DNA of 64,000 nucleotides from Alphaproteobacteria bacterium (lineage in GTDB: Bacteria > Pseudomonadota > Alphaproteobacteria > UBA828), in contig CBDCRW010000006.1 in NCBI GenBank assembly GCA_965221125.1, positions 384,001 to 448,000 of the forward strand, written 5' to 3'. Position 1 is the stretch's first letter. Every line of letters begins with the position of its first letter. Below the pieces are notes generated by a model. That model was given only the letters and a program-made list of their open reading frames with translations, ran no database searches and was not told the origin of the DNA. This document shows positions 39,064 to 47,692 of the stretch, one piece after another. The translations under genes were made by a program, and so were the position numbers.

Positions 39064-39699
39064 GTGCAGCTTCGCTACGAAACGGGGCTCACCAGCGAGG
39101 AATACGTTAAGACCGAGGCGTGGCGCGACGCAAGGCTTGAGCGCTGCCCGAATCACCCGCACGGCGGATGTTCTGTGGCAAGCCACGGCACCTACGAGCG
39201 GAAGACCCCGCCCGGCGCAAGGGTTCCTCGCTGGTATTGCCGTGAGAGCCATACGACCATCGGCCTGCTGGCCGACTGTCTGGCGGCGCGGCTGCCGGGC
39301 ACGCTCGATGCGCTGGAAGCGGTTGTTGTCGTGGCGGAGGAGGCCGGCAGCCTGGAGGAGGCAGCGGACGAGGTGCGCTGCCCCGAGGACGAGGACGCCA
39401 TCGAGCTTCCCGGCGCCGTGCGTTGGATCCGCCGCAGGCTGAAGCTTGTGCACGACGCGCTTGTGCGCGTCATCGGCCTGATCCCCGACCTGCTCGCGGG
39501 CTGCGCGCCCACCATGAGCGCGGTGCGCGAGCGTCTGAAGAGCGACAGCGCGTTGATGGAACTGCGCGGCCTGGTCGCCGGGCAGCTCCGGACGCTACCC
39601 GCGCCTCTGGGCTTCCAACCCCACGGCATCGACGTGGGGAATCGCAAACCGCAGTTCCAACAACGGGCGGGGCCGGACCCGCCGCCGGAGAGTTCGTAG
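39064..39699 (+). CDS. Transposon-associated putative Zn-finger protein
   Basis: CPNHPHGGC...HG.YER...RWYCRESH, followed by a helical region; first ORF of the element. Confidence 0.7.
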   Translation: MQLRYETGLTSEEYVKTEAWRDARLERCPNHPHGGCSVASHGTYERKTPPGARVPRWYCRESHTTIGLLADCLAARLPGTLDALEAVVVVAEEAGSLEEAADEVRCPEDEDAIELPGAVRWIRRRLKLVHDALVRVIGLIPDLLAGCAPTMSAVRERLKSDSALMELRGLVAGQLRTLPAPLGFQPHGIDVGNRKPQFQQRAGPDPPPESS

Positions 39700-39744
39700 C
39701 GTGACGATCCCGGGGCCAGGGAGTCCCTGAACGAGGATCGCACC

Positions 39745-41073
39745 ATGAACAGCTCAGACGACGACCTTCGCCAACAGATCGCGCTCTTCCGATACGACGT
39801 CATCGCCGATCTGGTGCATCTGCCCGTGGGTGCACCGGGTGCCGGCGCGATGATGCGCGCCAAAGCCGAGAAGACCTACACGATCCCCGGAACCACCAGG
39901 ACCCGGGTCGCCGCCGAGACCATGCGGCGCTGGATCAAGGACTACCGCTACGGCGGCTTCGACGCGCTCTACCCCAAGCCCCGCACCGACCGGGGGAAGC
40001 CCCGGCGGCTGCCGCCCGAGGTCGCCGAGCGCCTCATCGCGCTGAAGACCGAGAACGACGCATTGTCGGTTCGCGCCATCATCCAGAAGGTCAAGGAGGA
40101 GGGTATCGACCACCCGCTCGCCTCGTCCACCGTGCACCGCCTCTTCAGCCGCGAGGGCCTGTTCGACAAGAAGCCGCCCGACGGGGCGGATCGCCGCCGC
40201 TTCGCCTTCCGGCATGCCGGCGAGATGTGGATGAGCGACGTCATGCACGGACCCAAGGTCCGGCACGGCCGAACCCGGCGCAAGACCTACCTGATCGCCT
40301 TCATCGACGACGCCACCCGCGTCATCCCGTTCGCCGCCTTCGCCATGGCGGAGAACACTGCGGCGTTCCTGCCGGTGTTCAAGGACGCGCTGATCCGGCG
40401 CGGCCTCCCGGCCCGCTTGTACGTCGACAACGGAAGCGCCTACCGCTCCCGTCATCTCTCCCTGGTCTGCGCCAGGCTCGGCGTTGCGTTGATTCACGCA
40501 AGGGCGTTCCAGCCAGCGGGAAAGGGTAAGATCGAGCGCTTCTTCCGCACCCTCCGGGCCGGCTGGCTCCGCCACCTCGGCGATGACGTCGACAGCCTGG
40601 AGGCGCTCAACCGCAGCCTCTGGGCCTGGATCGAGGGGGAGTATCACAACAGCCCGCATCGTGGCCTCGACGAGGGGCGCACCCCGCTTGAGCAGTGGGC
40701 GCTGGCCTCGGCCGGCGTGCGCTATCCCGACGCCACCATGGACCTCGACGATCTGTTCCTCTTCGAGGCCAGGCGCCGTGTCTACAAGGACCGCACCGTT
40801 AGTCTGAACGGCCGCGTCTACGAGGTCGACGCCCTCCTGGTGGGTCAGAACGTCATCCTGCGCTACGACCCGGCCGCGCCGCCCTCGCGCCCTCTCGACG
40901 TGGTCCATGACGGCAAGCCGGCCGGCAAGGCCAGCCCTCTCGACGCCTACGCCAATACCGCCGTCAGGCGCACCTACCCGGCCAGGGAGATCGAGGCCGA
41001 AGATCCGGCGCCCGAGCCTCCGCCCTCGCCGCTGGCCATGCGCAACCTCAAGGACAAGAAGGAGGACGAGTGA
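39745..41073 (+). CDS. DDE transposase/integrase (rve core, Mu-like C-terminus)
   Basis: N-terminal HTH; WMSD, FIDDATR, YVDNGS, GKIER (D-35-E spacing); RRVYKDRTVSLNGRVYEV. Confidence 0.93.
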   Translation: MNSSDDDLRQQIALFRYDVIADLVHLPVGAPGAGAMMRAKAEKTYTIPGTTRTRVAAETMRRWIKDYRYGGFDALYPKPRTDRGKPRRLPPEVAERLIALKTENDALSVRAIIQKVKEEGIDHPLASSTVHRLFSREGLFDKKPPDGADRRRFAFRHAGEMWMSDVMHGPKVRHGRTRRKTYLIAFIDDATRVIPFAAFAMAENTAAFLPVFKDALIRRGLPARLYVDNGSAYRSRHLSLVCARLGVALIHARAFQPAGKGKIERFFRTLRAGWLRHLGDDVDSLEALNRSLWAWIEGEYHNSPHRGLDEGRTPLEQWALASAGVRYPDATMDLDDLFLFEARRRVYKDRTVSLNGRVYEVDALLVGQNVILRYDPAAPPSRPLDVVHDGKPAGKASPLDAYANTAVRRTYPAREIEAEDPAPEPPPSPLAMRNLKDKKEDE

Positions 41074-41873
41074 TGTACCTGCGCCACTTCGCCTTCACCC
41101 GCCTGCCCTTCGAGACCCCGGCAGAGACCGACGAGCTGTTCGAGTCCAACGCGCGCCGCGAGGCCGAGGCCAGGCTCGGCCACCTCATCGACCTGCGCGG
41201 CATCGGCCTGCTCACCGGCGAGGTGGGCTCCGGCAAGACCACCGTGTGCCGGCATCTGACCGCGCAGCTTCATCCAGGCCTCTACCGGGTCCACTACGTC
41301 TCGCTGACCACGGGCAACGTGCTCGACATGTACAAGGCGATCGCGTGGGAGATCGGCCTGCCCATCGAGCGCTCCCGCGCCTCGGCCTATCAGGCCATCC
41401 GAAACGAGATCTCCCGCCTCGTCACCGAGGCCAAGCAGCTGCCGGTCCTCGTCATCGACGAGGCCCATCATCTGCGCAACGACGTCCTTGAGGACCTGCG
41501 CCTGCTCACCAACTTCGCCATGGATGCAGAGCAGCGCCTGTGCCTCGTCCTCGTCGGTCTGACCGAGCTCAGGCGCCGCCTGGCCATGGCCATGCACGAA
41601 TCCCTCAGCCAGCGCCTCGTCGTCCGCCACCACCTGAGCGGTCTCGACCGCGACGAGGTCGACGCTTACATCAAGCACCGCCTCAGGCTCGCGGGATGCG
41701 AACTGCCGCTGTTCGAAGAGCCCGCCGTCGAGGCCCTGTTCCAGGGCGCGCGCGGCCTGCCGCGCCAGATCAACCGCATCGCCCACTACGCGCTCTCCGC
41801 CGCCGCTCTCGACGAGGCGAGGACCGTCAGTGCCGACCACCTGCAGCACGCGCTCGAGGAACTGCGGCCATGA
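41070..41873 (+). CDS. ExeA/TnsC/MuB-like AAA+ ATPase
   Basis: YLRHFAFTRLPF, GEVGSGKT, VIDEAHHL, LVG, SQR, GLPRQIN; overlaps the transposase stop. Confidence 0.9.
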   Translation: MMYLRHFAFTRLPFETPAETDELFESNARREAEARLGHLIDLRGIGLLTGEVGSGKTTVCRHLTAQLHPGLYRVHYVSLTTGNVLDMYKAIAWEIGLPIERSRASAYQAIRNEISRLVTEAKQLPVLVIDEAHHLRNDVLEDLRLLTNFAMDAEQRLCLVLVGLTELRRRLAMAMHESLSQRLVVRHHLSGLDRDEVDAYIKHRLRLAGCELPLFEEPAVEALFQGARGLPRQINRIAHYALSAAALDEARTVSADHLQHALEELRP

Positions 41874-42910
41874 CCGGCTTCCCGACCCGCGCCCCGATCG
41901 AGCTGGAGGAGCGGCCGCGCGAGCAGCAATGGCTGGTGGACACGCTATGGGGCGAGCAGGCCGTCGGCATCGTCGGCGGCGAGCCGAAGTGCGGCAAGTC
42001 CATCCTGGCGCTGGACCTCGCGGTCGCAGTCGCCGCCGGCGTCCCATGCCTGCGGCACTTCGCCCCGGCCCGGCCTGGCCCGGTCCTGCTGTTCGCCGCA
42101 GAAGACGCCGGCCACCTCGTGCGCAAGCGCCTGCAGGGGATCGCCCGCGCCGCAGGCGCCCGCTTCGAGACCCTCGACATCGCCGTCATCGACGTGCCCA
42201 CACTGCGCCTCGACCATCTCGACGACCGCCGCCGCCTGCAGCAGACCGTGGAGCGCATCGCACCGCGCCTCGTGGTCCTCGACCCCCTGGTCCGCCTGCA
42301 CGGCGTGGACGAGAACACGGTTGCGGACGTCGCCCCGATCCTCGGCTTCCTGCGCGACCTGCAACGCCGCTTCGAGACCGCCGTCCTCCTCGTCCACCAC
42401 GCCCGCAAGAGCGGGGCCACGAGGCCGGGGCAGGCCCTGCGGGGCAGCAGTGAGCTGCACGCCTGGGGGGACTCGAACCTCTACCTGCGCCGCCGGGACC
42501 GGCAGACCCTCATGACCGTCGAGCATCGCGCCGCACGCGGTCTCGACGACATCGAGATCGAGCTCAAGGAAGACGGAGAGGAGCCCTCCTTCCGGCTGCG
42601 CCAGCCGCCCACGGCCGGCGGCGGGGCGCCTCAGCCCGAAACACCCGAATGCCGCGTTCTCAAGGCGCTCGCCGACGCCGGGGCGCCGCTCTCGCAACGC
42701 CAGATCCGGGAACGCGCCGCGACCCGGCACAAGACCGTCGGCGTAATCTTGCAAAAGCTCGTCCAGGAGGGTCGCGTCGCGCGCAACGCCGAGGGCGGCT
42801 ACAGCGTCGTCGCAGGCGCAGCGGACAAGCGGGCGGCGGCCGCCGCCGCCAACGGCAGCAGTCGGCCGCAGGCCCCGCGGTTCCCGGAGCCCGGTTCCGC
42901 CAACGCCTAG
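41870..42910 (+). CDS. AAA_25 / RepA-like SF4 helicase-type ATPase with C-terminal winged helix
   Basis: WLVDTLW, GEPKCGKS, AAED, VVLDP, LVHHARK, LRGSS; C-terminal LSQRQIRERAATRHKTVGVILQKLVQEG; ATGA coupling. Confidence 0.85.
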   Translation: MTGFPTRAPIELEERPREQQWLVDTLWGEQAVGIVGGEPKCGKSILALDLAVAVAAGVPCLRHFAPARPGPVLLFAAEDAGHLVRKRLQGIARAAGARFETLDIAVIDVPTLRLDHLDDRRRLQQTVERIAPRLVVLDPLVRLHGVDENTVADVAPILGFLRDLQRRFETAVLLVHHARKSGATRPGQALRGSSELHAWGDSNLYLRRRDRQTLMTVEHRAARGLDDIEIELKEDGEEPSFRLRQPPTAGGGAPQPETPECRVLKALADAGAPLSQRQIRERAATRHKTVGVILQKLVQEGRVARNAEGGYSVVAGAADKRAAAAAANGSSRPQAPRFPEPGSANA

Positions 42911-43410
42911 GGGTTCGAGCCGGAACCGCCGTCGGGAACCACCCTTCCCCAACGGTCCGGAAGGCGCTGCGCCTCCACCGGGATACTACGTCAGGTGAGC
43001 GGCCAGTCCGTGGCCGGAAGCTTGCTTCAGGCCATGGCAGCACTTCGTCGTGTGGACGGTGGCGAGTCACCCGAAGGGCCGAAGCGAAGCGCAGGAGCGG
43101 CGCAGCCGCTTGACGCGCCGACGGCCGCGCGACACCTCGTCAGCTCTCCTCAAGCACCAGTCCAAACCTCAATCAGACAGCGACCCCGGACCGCCCGCAG
43201 AGACCATGAGCTCCTACGCTTCGATCCGGAAAAGACCGAGCAATCTGGGAAATCAGGGCAGCGATCACGTCAAATAATCTGGGAGATTCGGCGTCAAATA
43301 ACGTGCGAAACAACACCATCGCCCTTTCGGGGAAGTCGGGCCGGAGCGGCTCCGGGGGGCCGGCTCGCGGCCGGGCGCTCGGCCGGCGGGCTCCCGCCGC
43401 CGCCGGGACG

Positions 43411-43514
43411 GGCCAGCTTGGGCCACCATGAGCCGCCTTGGACCACTTTGGGCCACTTTGTGCCACTTTGTGCCACTTTGTGCCGCCCGTTTCGGACCAC
43501 TTTGGGCCACTTTG
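43411..43514. repeat. Tandem 10-bp repeat (consensus G/T-GCCACTTTG), about 9 units
   Basis: ggccagcttg ggccaccatg agccgccttg gaccactttg ggccactttg tgccactttg tgccactttg ... gaccactttg ggccactttg. Confidence 0.85.
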
Positions 43515-43574
43515 GACCGGCATAGACCGGAATAGGCCGGATTAAGGCCCTTCCGTGCAAAACGGCACCGCTCT

Positions 43575-44273
43575 TTACGCTTGTCGCTCGCGACAGCCGG
43601 ACGGGTTCGGCACGGAAATCCTGCCGGCGAGCCAGTCGTCGACGATGTCGGTGGCGGGCACGCCGGCGGCTTCGCTTGCGGAGAGCGCCTTAATCTCGAG
43701 CCAGGCGCTCACCAGCGCGTAGCCGAGGGCGTATCCCGCATGGCGCGGCCAATCGGGGTCGTCCTTGCGGCCGAACATCCAGTTGTCGTGCTCGTAGTCG
43801 TCCGCAGACAGGAGCGGGCGGGCGCGCTGCGCCATCCTCCCCAGAATCTCATCGTCGAGCGCCACCGCGTAGAAGGGCGTGGGCGCGCCGACCTCCTCCT
43901 CGAAGCACTGGGCCAGGCCTTCGCTGACGAAGCGGGCGCCCAGCGTGTACGCCTCGACGCCGCTGCGAAGCCGCGCCACATGGTGAATCTCGTGCGCCAG
44001 CGTCGCAAAGACCCTGTCGCAGCGCTCGGGGTCCTGCAGCCGGGGCGAGGCCGGGTCCACCGTGAGCGTGATGCGGCCGGGACCGTTCGCGCGGCCGCTG
44101 AGGCCCCACTCCCGCAGCACCCAGGGCTCGGGCGCCACGACGATATCGAGGCGGTCCAGTCGAATGTACTGCGCGATCTGCTCGTTCGCCGCTTCGAGCT
44201 CGCACATGACATCGTTTCTGAGCAGCGCCGGGATCTCGTCCATCGCATCCAGGAGAAGGATTTCGATCGTCAT
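43575..44273 (-). CDS. Putative Zn-dependent peptidase (DUF2268-like)
   Basis: HEIHH (HExxH) followed by SEGLA; GYALG. Confidence 0.75.
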   Translation of the reverse strand: MTIEILLLDAMDEIPALLRNDVMCELEAANEQIAQYIRLDRLDIVVAPEPWVLREWGLSGRANGPGRITLTVDPASPRLQDPERCDRVFATLAHEIHHVARLRSGVEAYTLGARFVSEGLAQCFEEEVGAPTPFYAVALDDEILGRMAQRARPLLSADDYEHDNWMFGRKDDPDWPRHAGYALGYALVSAWLEIKALSASEAAGVPATDIVDDWLAGRISVPNPSGCRERQA

Positions 44274-44471
44274 GGCTCTCCCGGTCGGCGACGTCCCGAG
44301 CGCCGTCTGTAGCGAGCGGCCGGCGACAAAGATAATGCCGCGCGCGTCGACATCCATGCCGGGACGGCATTCCGCAAGGCCGCCGTGCCCTGCGGTGGCC
44401 CGTGCTTGCCATCGAAACCGGGGCGTGGAAGGTTTCGTCGCCGCGCGGGGAGCTACGGGACGGCGGATGAA

Positions 44472-44552
44472 TTGCAGAGCGTCGGTCTGGTGATATTCGA
44501 CTGCGACGGGGTCATCGCCGACAGCGAAGTTCTGAGCGCACGTGTCCTGGTC
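44472..44552 (+). pseudogene. N-terminal fragment of a HAD-family hydrolase
   Basis: LVIFDCDGVIADSEVLS (HAD motif I); similarity ends abruptly. Confidence 0.65.
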
Positions 44553-44608
44553 CGGCGGGCCGCGCGAGGCCGTGGGCCGCTTCTTCGACGGCGTGGAGGC
44601 CTGATTCG

Positions 44609-45535
44609 ATGCTGCTTTGCTGCGGCGAAGCCCTGATCGACATGATCCCGATGCCGACCGCGTCGGGGCAGGAGGGCTACGTGCCGCACGTGGGCGGCGC
44701 GGTCTTCAACACCGCGATCGCGCTCGGCCGGCTCGGCGTGCAGACGGGCATGCTGACCGGGCTTTCCACCGATCTGTTCGGCCAGCAACTGATGGCGTCG
44801 CTTCACGCGAACCACGTGGACACGTCTCTGCTCGTCACCTCCGACCGTCACACCACGCTCGCCTTCGTGCAGCTCACGGACGGCCACGCCACCTACACCT
44901 TCTTCGACGAGAACTCGGCCGGGCGGATGCTGGGCCAGGGCGACATGCCCGCGCTGCCGGACGAGGTCAGCACCCTCTACTTCGGCGGCATCAGCCTGGT
45001 CTTCGAGCCCTGCGCCGAGGCCTACGCCGCGCTGCTGAAGCGCGAGGCGGCGGCTCGCGTCATCATGCTCGACCCCAACATCCGCCCGAGCTTCATCCGG
45101 GACATCAAGCGCTACCGCGACCGCCTGGACCGGATGATCGCGCTGGCCGACATTGTGAAGGTCTCGGACGAGGACCTGAACTGGATCTACCCCGGCCCGG
45201 AATCGCTCTCCGACAAGCTGGACTTCGTGCGCCGGGCCGGGCCATCCGTGGTGATCCTGACGCGGAGCGGGAGCGACGCGTCCGCGTTCCTGAAGGACGG
45301 CGCCGAGGTCTCGGTTCCGGTGGACCGCGTCGACGTCGTCGACACCATCGGCGCGGGCGACACCTTCAACGCGGGCGTGCTGGCCAAGCTCGCGGAGCTC
45401 GGGATGCTCGTGAAGGACTCGCTCGCCGCCATCGATCCGGAGCGGATGCGGGACGCCCTGCGCTTCGGCACGCGGGTCGCCGGGATCACCGTGTCCCGCG
45501 CAGGCGCTAACCCGCCGTGGCGGCACGAGCTTTGA
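44609..45535 (+). CDS. PfkB carbohydrate kinase (fructokinase-like)
   Basis: GEALID, GGAVFN, DPNIRP, DTIGAGDTF. Confidence 0.92.
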   Translation: MLLCCGEALIDMIPMPTASGQEGYVPHVGGAVFNTAIALGRLGVQTGMLTGLSTDLFGQQLMASLHANHVDTSLLVTSDRHTTLAFVQLTDGHATYTFFDENSAGRMLGQGDMPALPDEVSTLYFGGISLVFEPCAEAYAALLKREAAARVIMLDPNIRPSFIRDIKRYRDRLDRMIALADIVKVSDEDLNWIYPGPESLSDKLDFVRRAGPSVVILTRSGSDASAFLKDGAEVSVPVDRVDVVDTIGAGDTFNAGVLAKLAELGMLVKDSLAAIDPERMRDALRFGTRVAGITVSRAGANPPWRHEL

Positions 45536-45590
45536 CCCGCGATCCTCCCCACGGTCATGGTGAGGATTGCCGGCTAAAGATCGACTGACC

Positions 45591-47054
45591 ATGGTTTCGC
45601 GAGTCATACCGGTCGAGCCGTTCGACTTCGTGGTCTTCGGCAGCACCGGCGATCTGGCGCGGCGCAAGCTGCTGCCCGCGCTCTACCGCCGCATGCTCGC
45701 AGGCCAGGCGCCGCAGGGCTCGCGCATCGTCGCCGTCGGCCGGCGGGACCTCGACGCGGACGGCTACCGCCGCATGGCCGAGGCGGCGCTCGGCGAGCAC
45801 GCGGGGCCGGGCGCGCTCGAGGCCGATCGGGCGGCGGCCTTCCTCGCCATGCTCGACTACGTGCGCGTCGATGCGGAGGGCGAGGGCGGCTGGGCCGCGC
45901 TAGCGGACACGCTCGACGGCTCGGCGCGCATGCGGGCCTTCTACCTCTCCGTGGCGCCGCGGCACTTCGGCCCGATCAGCGAGCGGCTGGCGGCGAGCGG
46001 ATGCCGCACGCCGGAGACGCGGTTGGTGGTCGAGAAGCCCTTCGGCCGCGACCTCGAGAGCGCGCAGGCGCTGAACCGCCGGCTCGCCACGCTCTTCGAC
46101 GAGCGCCAGATCTACCGGATCGACCACTACCTCGGAAAGGAGACGGTGCAGAACCTGATGGCGCTACGCTTCGCCAATGCGCTGTTCGAGCCGATCTGGA
46201 ACGCGCGCCACGTCGATCACGTGCAGATCACGGTTGCCGAGCGGGTGGGCATCGGCGGCCGGGGCGGCTACTACGACCGGAACGGCGCGCTGCGCGACAT
46301 GATGCAGAACCACCTGCTGCAGCTGCTCTGCCTGATCGCCATGGAGCCGCCCGGGCACTTCGAGCCGGATGCGGTGCGGGACGAGAAGCTCAAGGTGCTG
46401 CGCAGCCTGAAGCCGGTGGACGGGCTCGGCGACGTGGTGCGCGGCCAGTACCTGGGCGCAGGCGGCGAGGCGGGCTACCTGGAGGATGCGGAGAACCCCG
46501 CATCGCGCACCGAGAGCTTCGCGGCGCTCAAGGCGGAGGTCGCCAACTGGCGCTGGAACGGCGCGCCCTTCTACCTGCGCACCGGCAAGCGGCTCAGGGC
46601 GCGGATGTCCGAGATCGCCGTCGTCTTCAAGGACGCGCCGCATTCGATCTTTCCTGAGAGCGCGGGCGGCACGGGCGCCAACGTGCTGGCGATCAGGCTG
46701 CAGCCCGACGAGGGGATCACGCTGCGGCTCACGATCAAGGAGCCCGGCCCCGGCGGCATGCGGCTCTGCGAGGCGCCGCTCGACATGACCTTCGCCGAGA
46801 CCATGGGCGCGCAGGGGCTCACCATGCCGGACGCTTACGAGCGGCTGGTGATGGACGTGATCCGGGGCGACCAGACGCTGTTCATGCGGGGCGACGAGGT
46901 CGAGGCGGCGTGGCGCTGGATCGACCCGATCATCGCCGCGGCGGAGGTCGCGCCGGAGCGGCCGCAACCCTACGACAGCTATTCGTCCGGCCCCGAAGAC
47001 TCGCTGATGCTGATGCATCGGGACGGCCGGCGCTGGCGCGCGCTCGCCGCGTGA
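45591..47054 (+). CDS. zwf: Glucose-6-phosphate 1-dehydrogenase
   Basis: FGSTGDLA, EKPFG, RIDHYLGKE, RTGKR, AYERL. Confidence 0.97.
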   Translation: MVSRVIPVEPFDFVVFGSTGDLARRKLLPALYRRMLAGQAPQGSRIVAVGRRDLDADGYRRMAEAALGEHAGPGALEADRAAAFLAMLDYVRVDAEGEGGWAALADTLDGSARMRAFYLSVAPRHFGPISERLAASGCRTPETRLVVEKPFGRDLESAQALNRRLATLFDERQIYRIDHYLGKETVQNLMALRFANALFEPIWNARHVDHVQITVAERVGIGGRGGYYDRNGALRDMMQNHLLQLLCLIAMEPPGHFEPDAVRDEKLKVLRSLKPVDGLGDVVRGQYLGAGGEAGYLEDAENPASRTESFAALKAEVANWRWNGAPFYLRTGKRLRARMSEIAVVFKDAPHSIFPESAGGTGANVLAIRLQPDEGITLRLTIKEPGPGGMRLCEAPLDMTFAETMGAQGLTMPDAYERLVMDVIRGDQTLFMRGDEVEAAWRWIDPIIAAAEVAPERPQPYDSYSSGPEDSLMLMHRDGRRWRALAA

Positions 47055-47692
47055 CGCGCATCGTCGAGGCCCAGAATCGGGGCGCGCTGGCCCGCCTGCT
47101 GGCGGACGAGGTCGCGGCGCTGCTGGCGGCGGCGGTTCGGGAGACCGGCCGTGCCGCGCTGGCGGTGCCGGGCGGCACCACGCCGGCCGCGTTTCTCAGC
47201 GCGCTCGGCGGCCATGCGCTCGACTGGGCGGCCGTCGCGGTGACGCTCACCGACGAGCGCTGCGTCCCCGCCGGCCATCCGCGCTCCAACCGGCGCCTGC
47301 TGGACGAGACGCTGTTCGCCGGCCCCGCCCGCGCGGCGCGCTTCGTGGCACTCGACGACACAGAGGCGCTGTCCACGCTGCTGCCGCTCGACGCCTGCGT
47401 GCTGGGGATGGGGGAGGATTGCCACATCGCCTCGCTCTTCCCCGGCGCCGACGCGCTTTCGCCGGACTGCGCGGCGCCGTCCATGCGGCTCAGCGCCCCC
47501 GGCGCACCGGAGGAGCGCATCACGCTGACCGCGCCGGCGCTGACCGGGGCAGAACAATGCTTCGTGCTGATCCACGGCCAGGACAAGCGCGCGGCGCTGG
47601 AGCGGGCGGGGGCTGCGGCCGGCCCGGCTGAAGCCCCGGTGCGACTGGTCCTGGGCGGGCCGCGCCCCGGTACTGTTTACTGGGCGGCATAG
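47051..47692 (+). CDS. pgl: 6-phosphogluconolactonase
   Basis: PGGTTP, DERCV, LGMGEDCHIASLFP, RITLT. Confidence 0.9.
   Translation: MTRIVEAQNRGALARLLADEVAALLAAAVRETGRAALAVPGGTTPAAFLSALGGHALDWAAVAVTLTDERCVPAGHPRSNRRLLDETLFAGPARAARFVALDDTEALSTLLPLDACVLGMGEDCHIASLFPGADALSPDCAAPSMRLSAPGAPEERITLTAPALTGAEQCFVLIHGQDKRAALERAGAAAGPAEAPVRLVLGGPRPGTVYWAA

Larger units (their letters stand above)
38695..43315 (+). mobile_element. 4621-bp DDE transposon (Mu/Tn552/Tn7-like ends) with four ORFs
   Basis: Ends TGTTGTTT...AAACAACA; flanking direct repeat CCATC at 38690-38694 and 43316-43320; internal transposase and ATPase. Confidence 0.9.

Noticed and set aside
41070-41873. ExeA-like ATPase as a type II secretion component
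   Set aside because: No TM or peptidoglycan-binding domain and no T2SS genes; it is coupled to a transposase inside element ends.
43411-43514. Repeat array as a CRISPR
   Set aside because: The 10-bp units are contiguous with no unique spacers, and there are no cas genes in the window.
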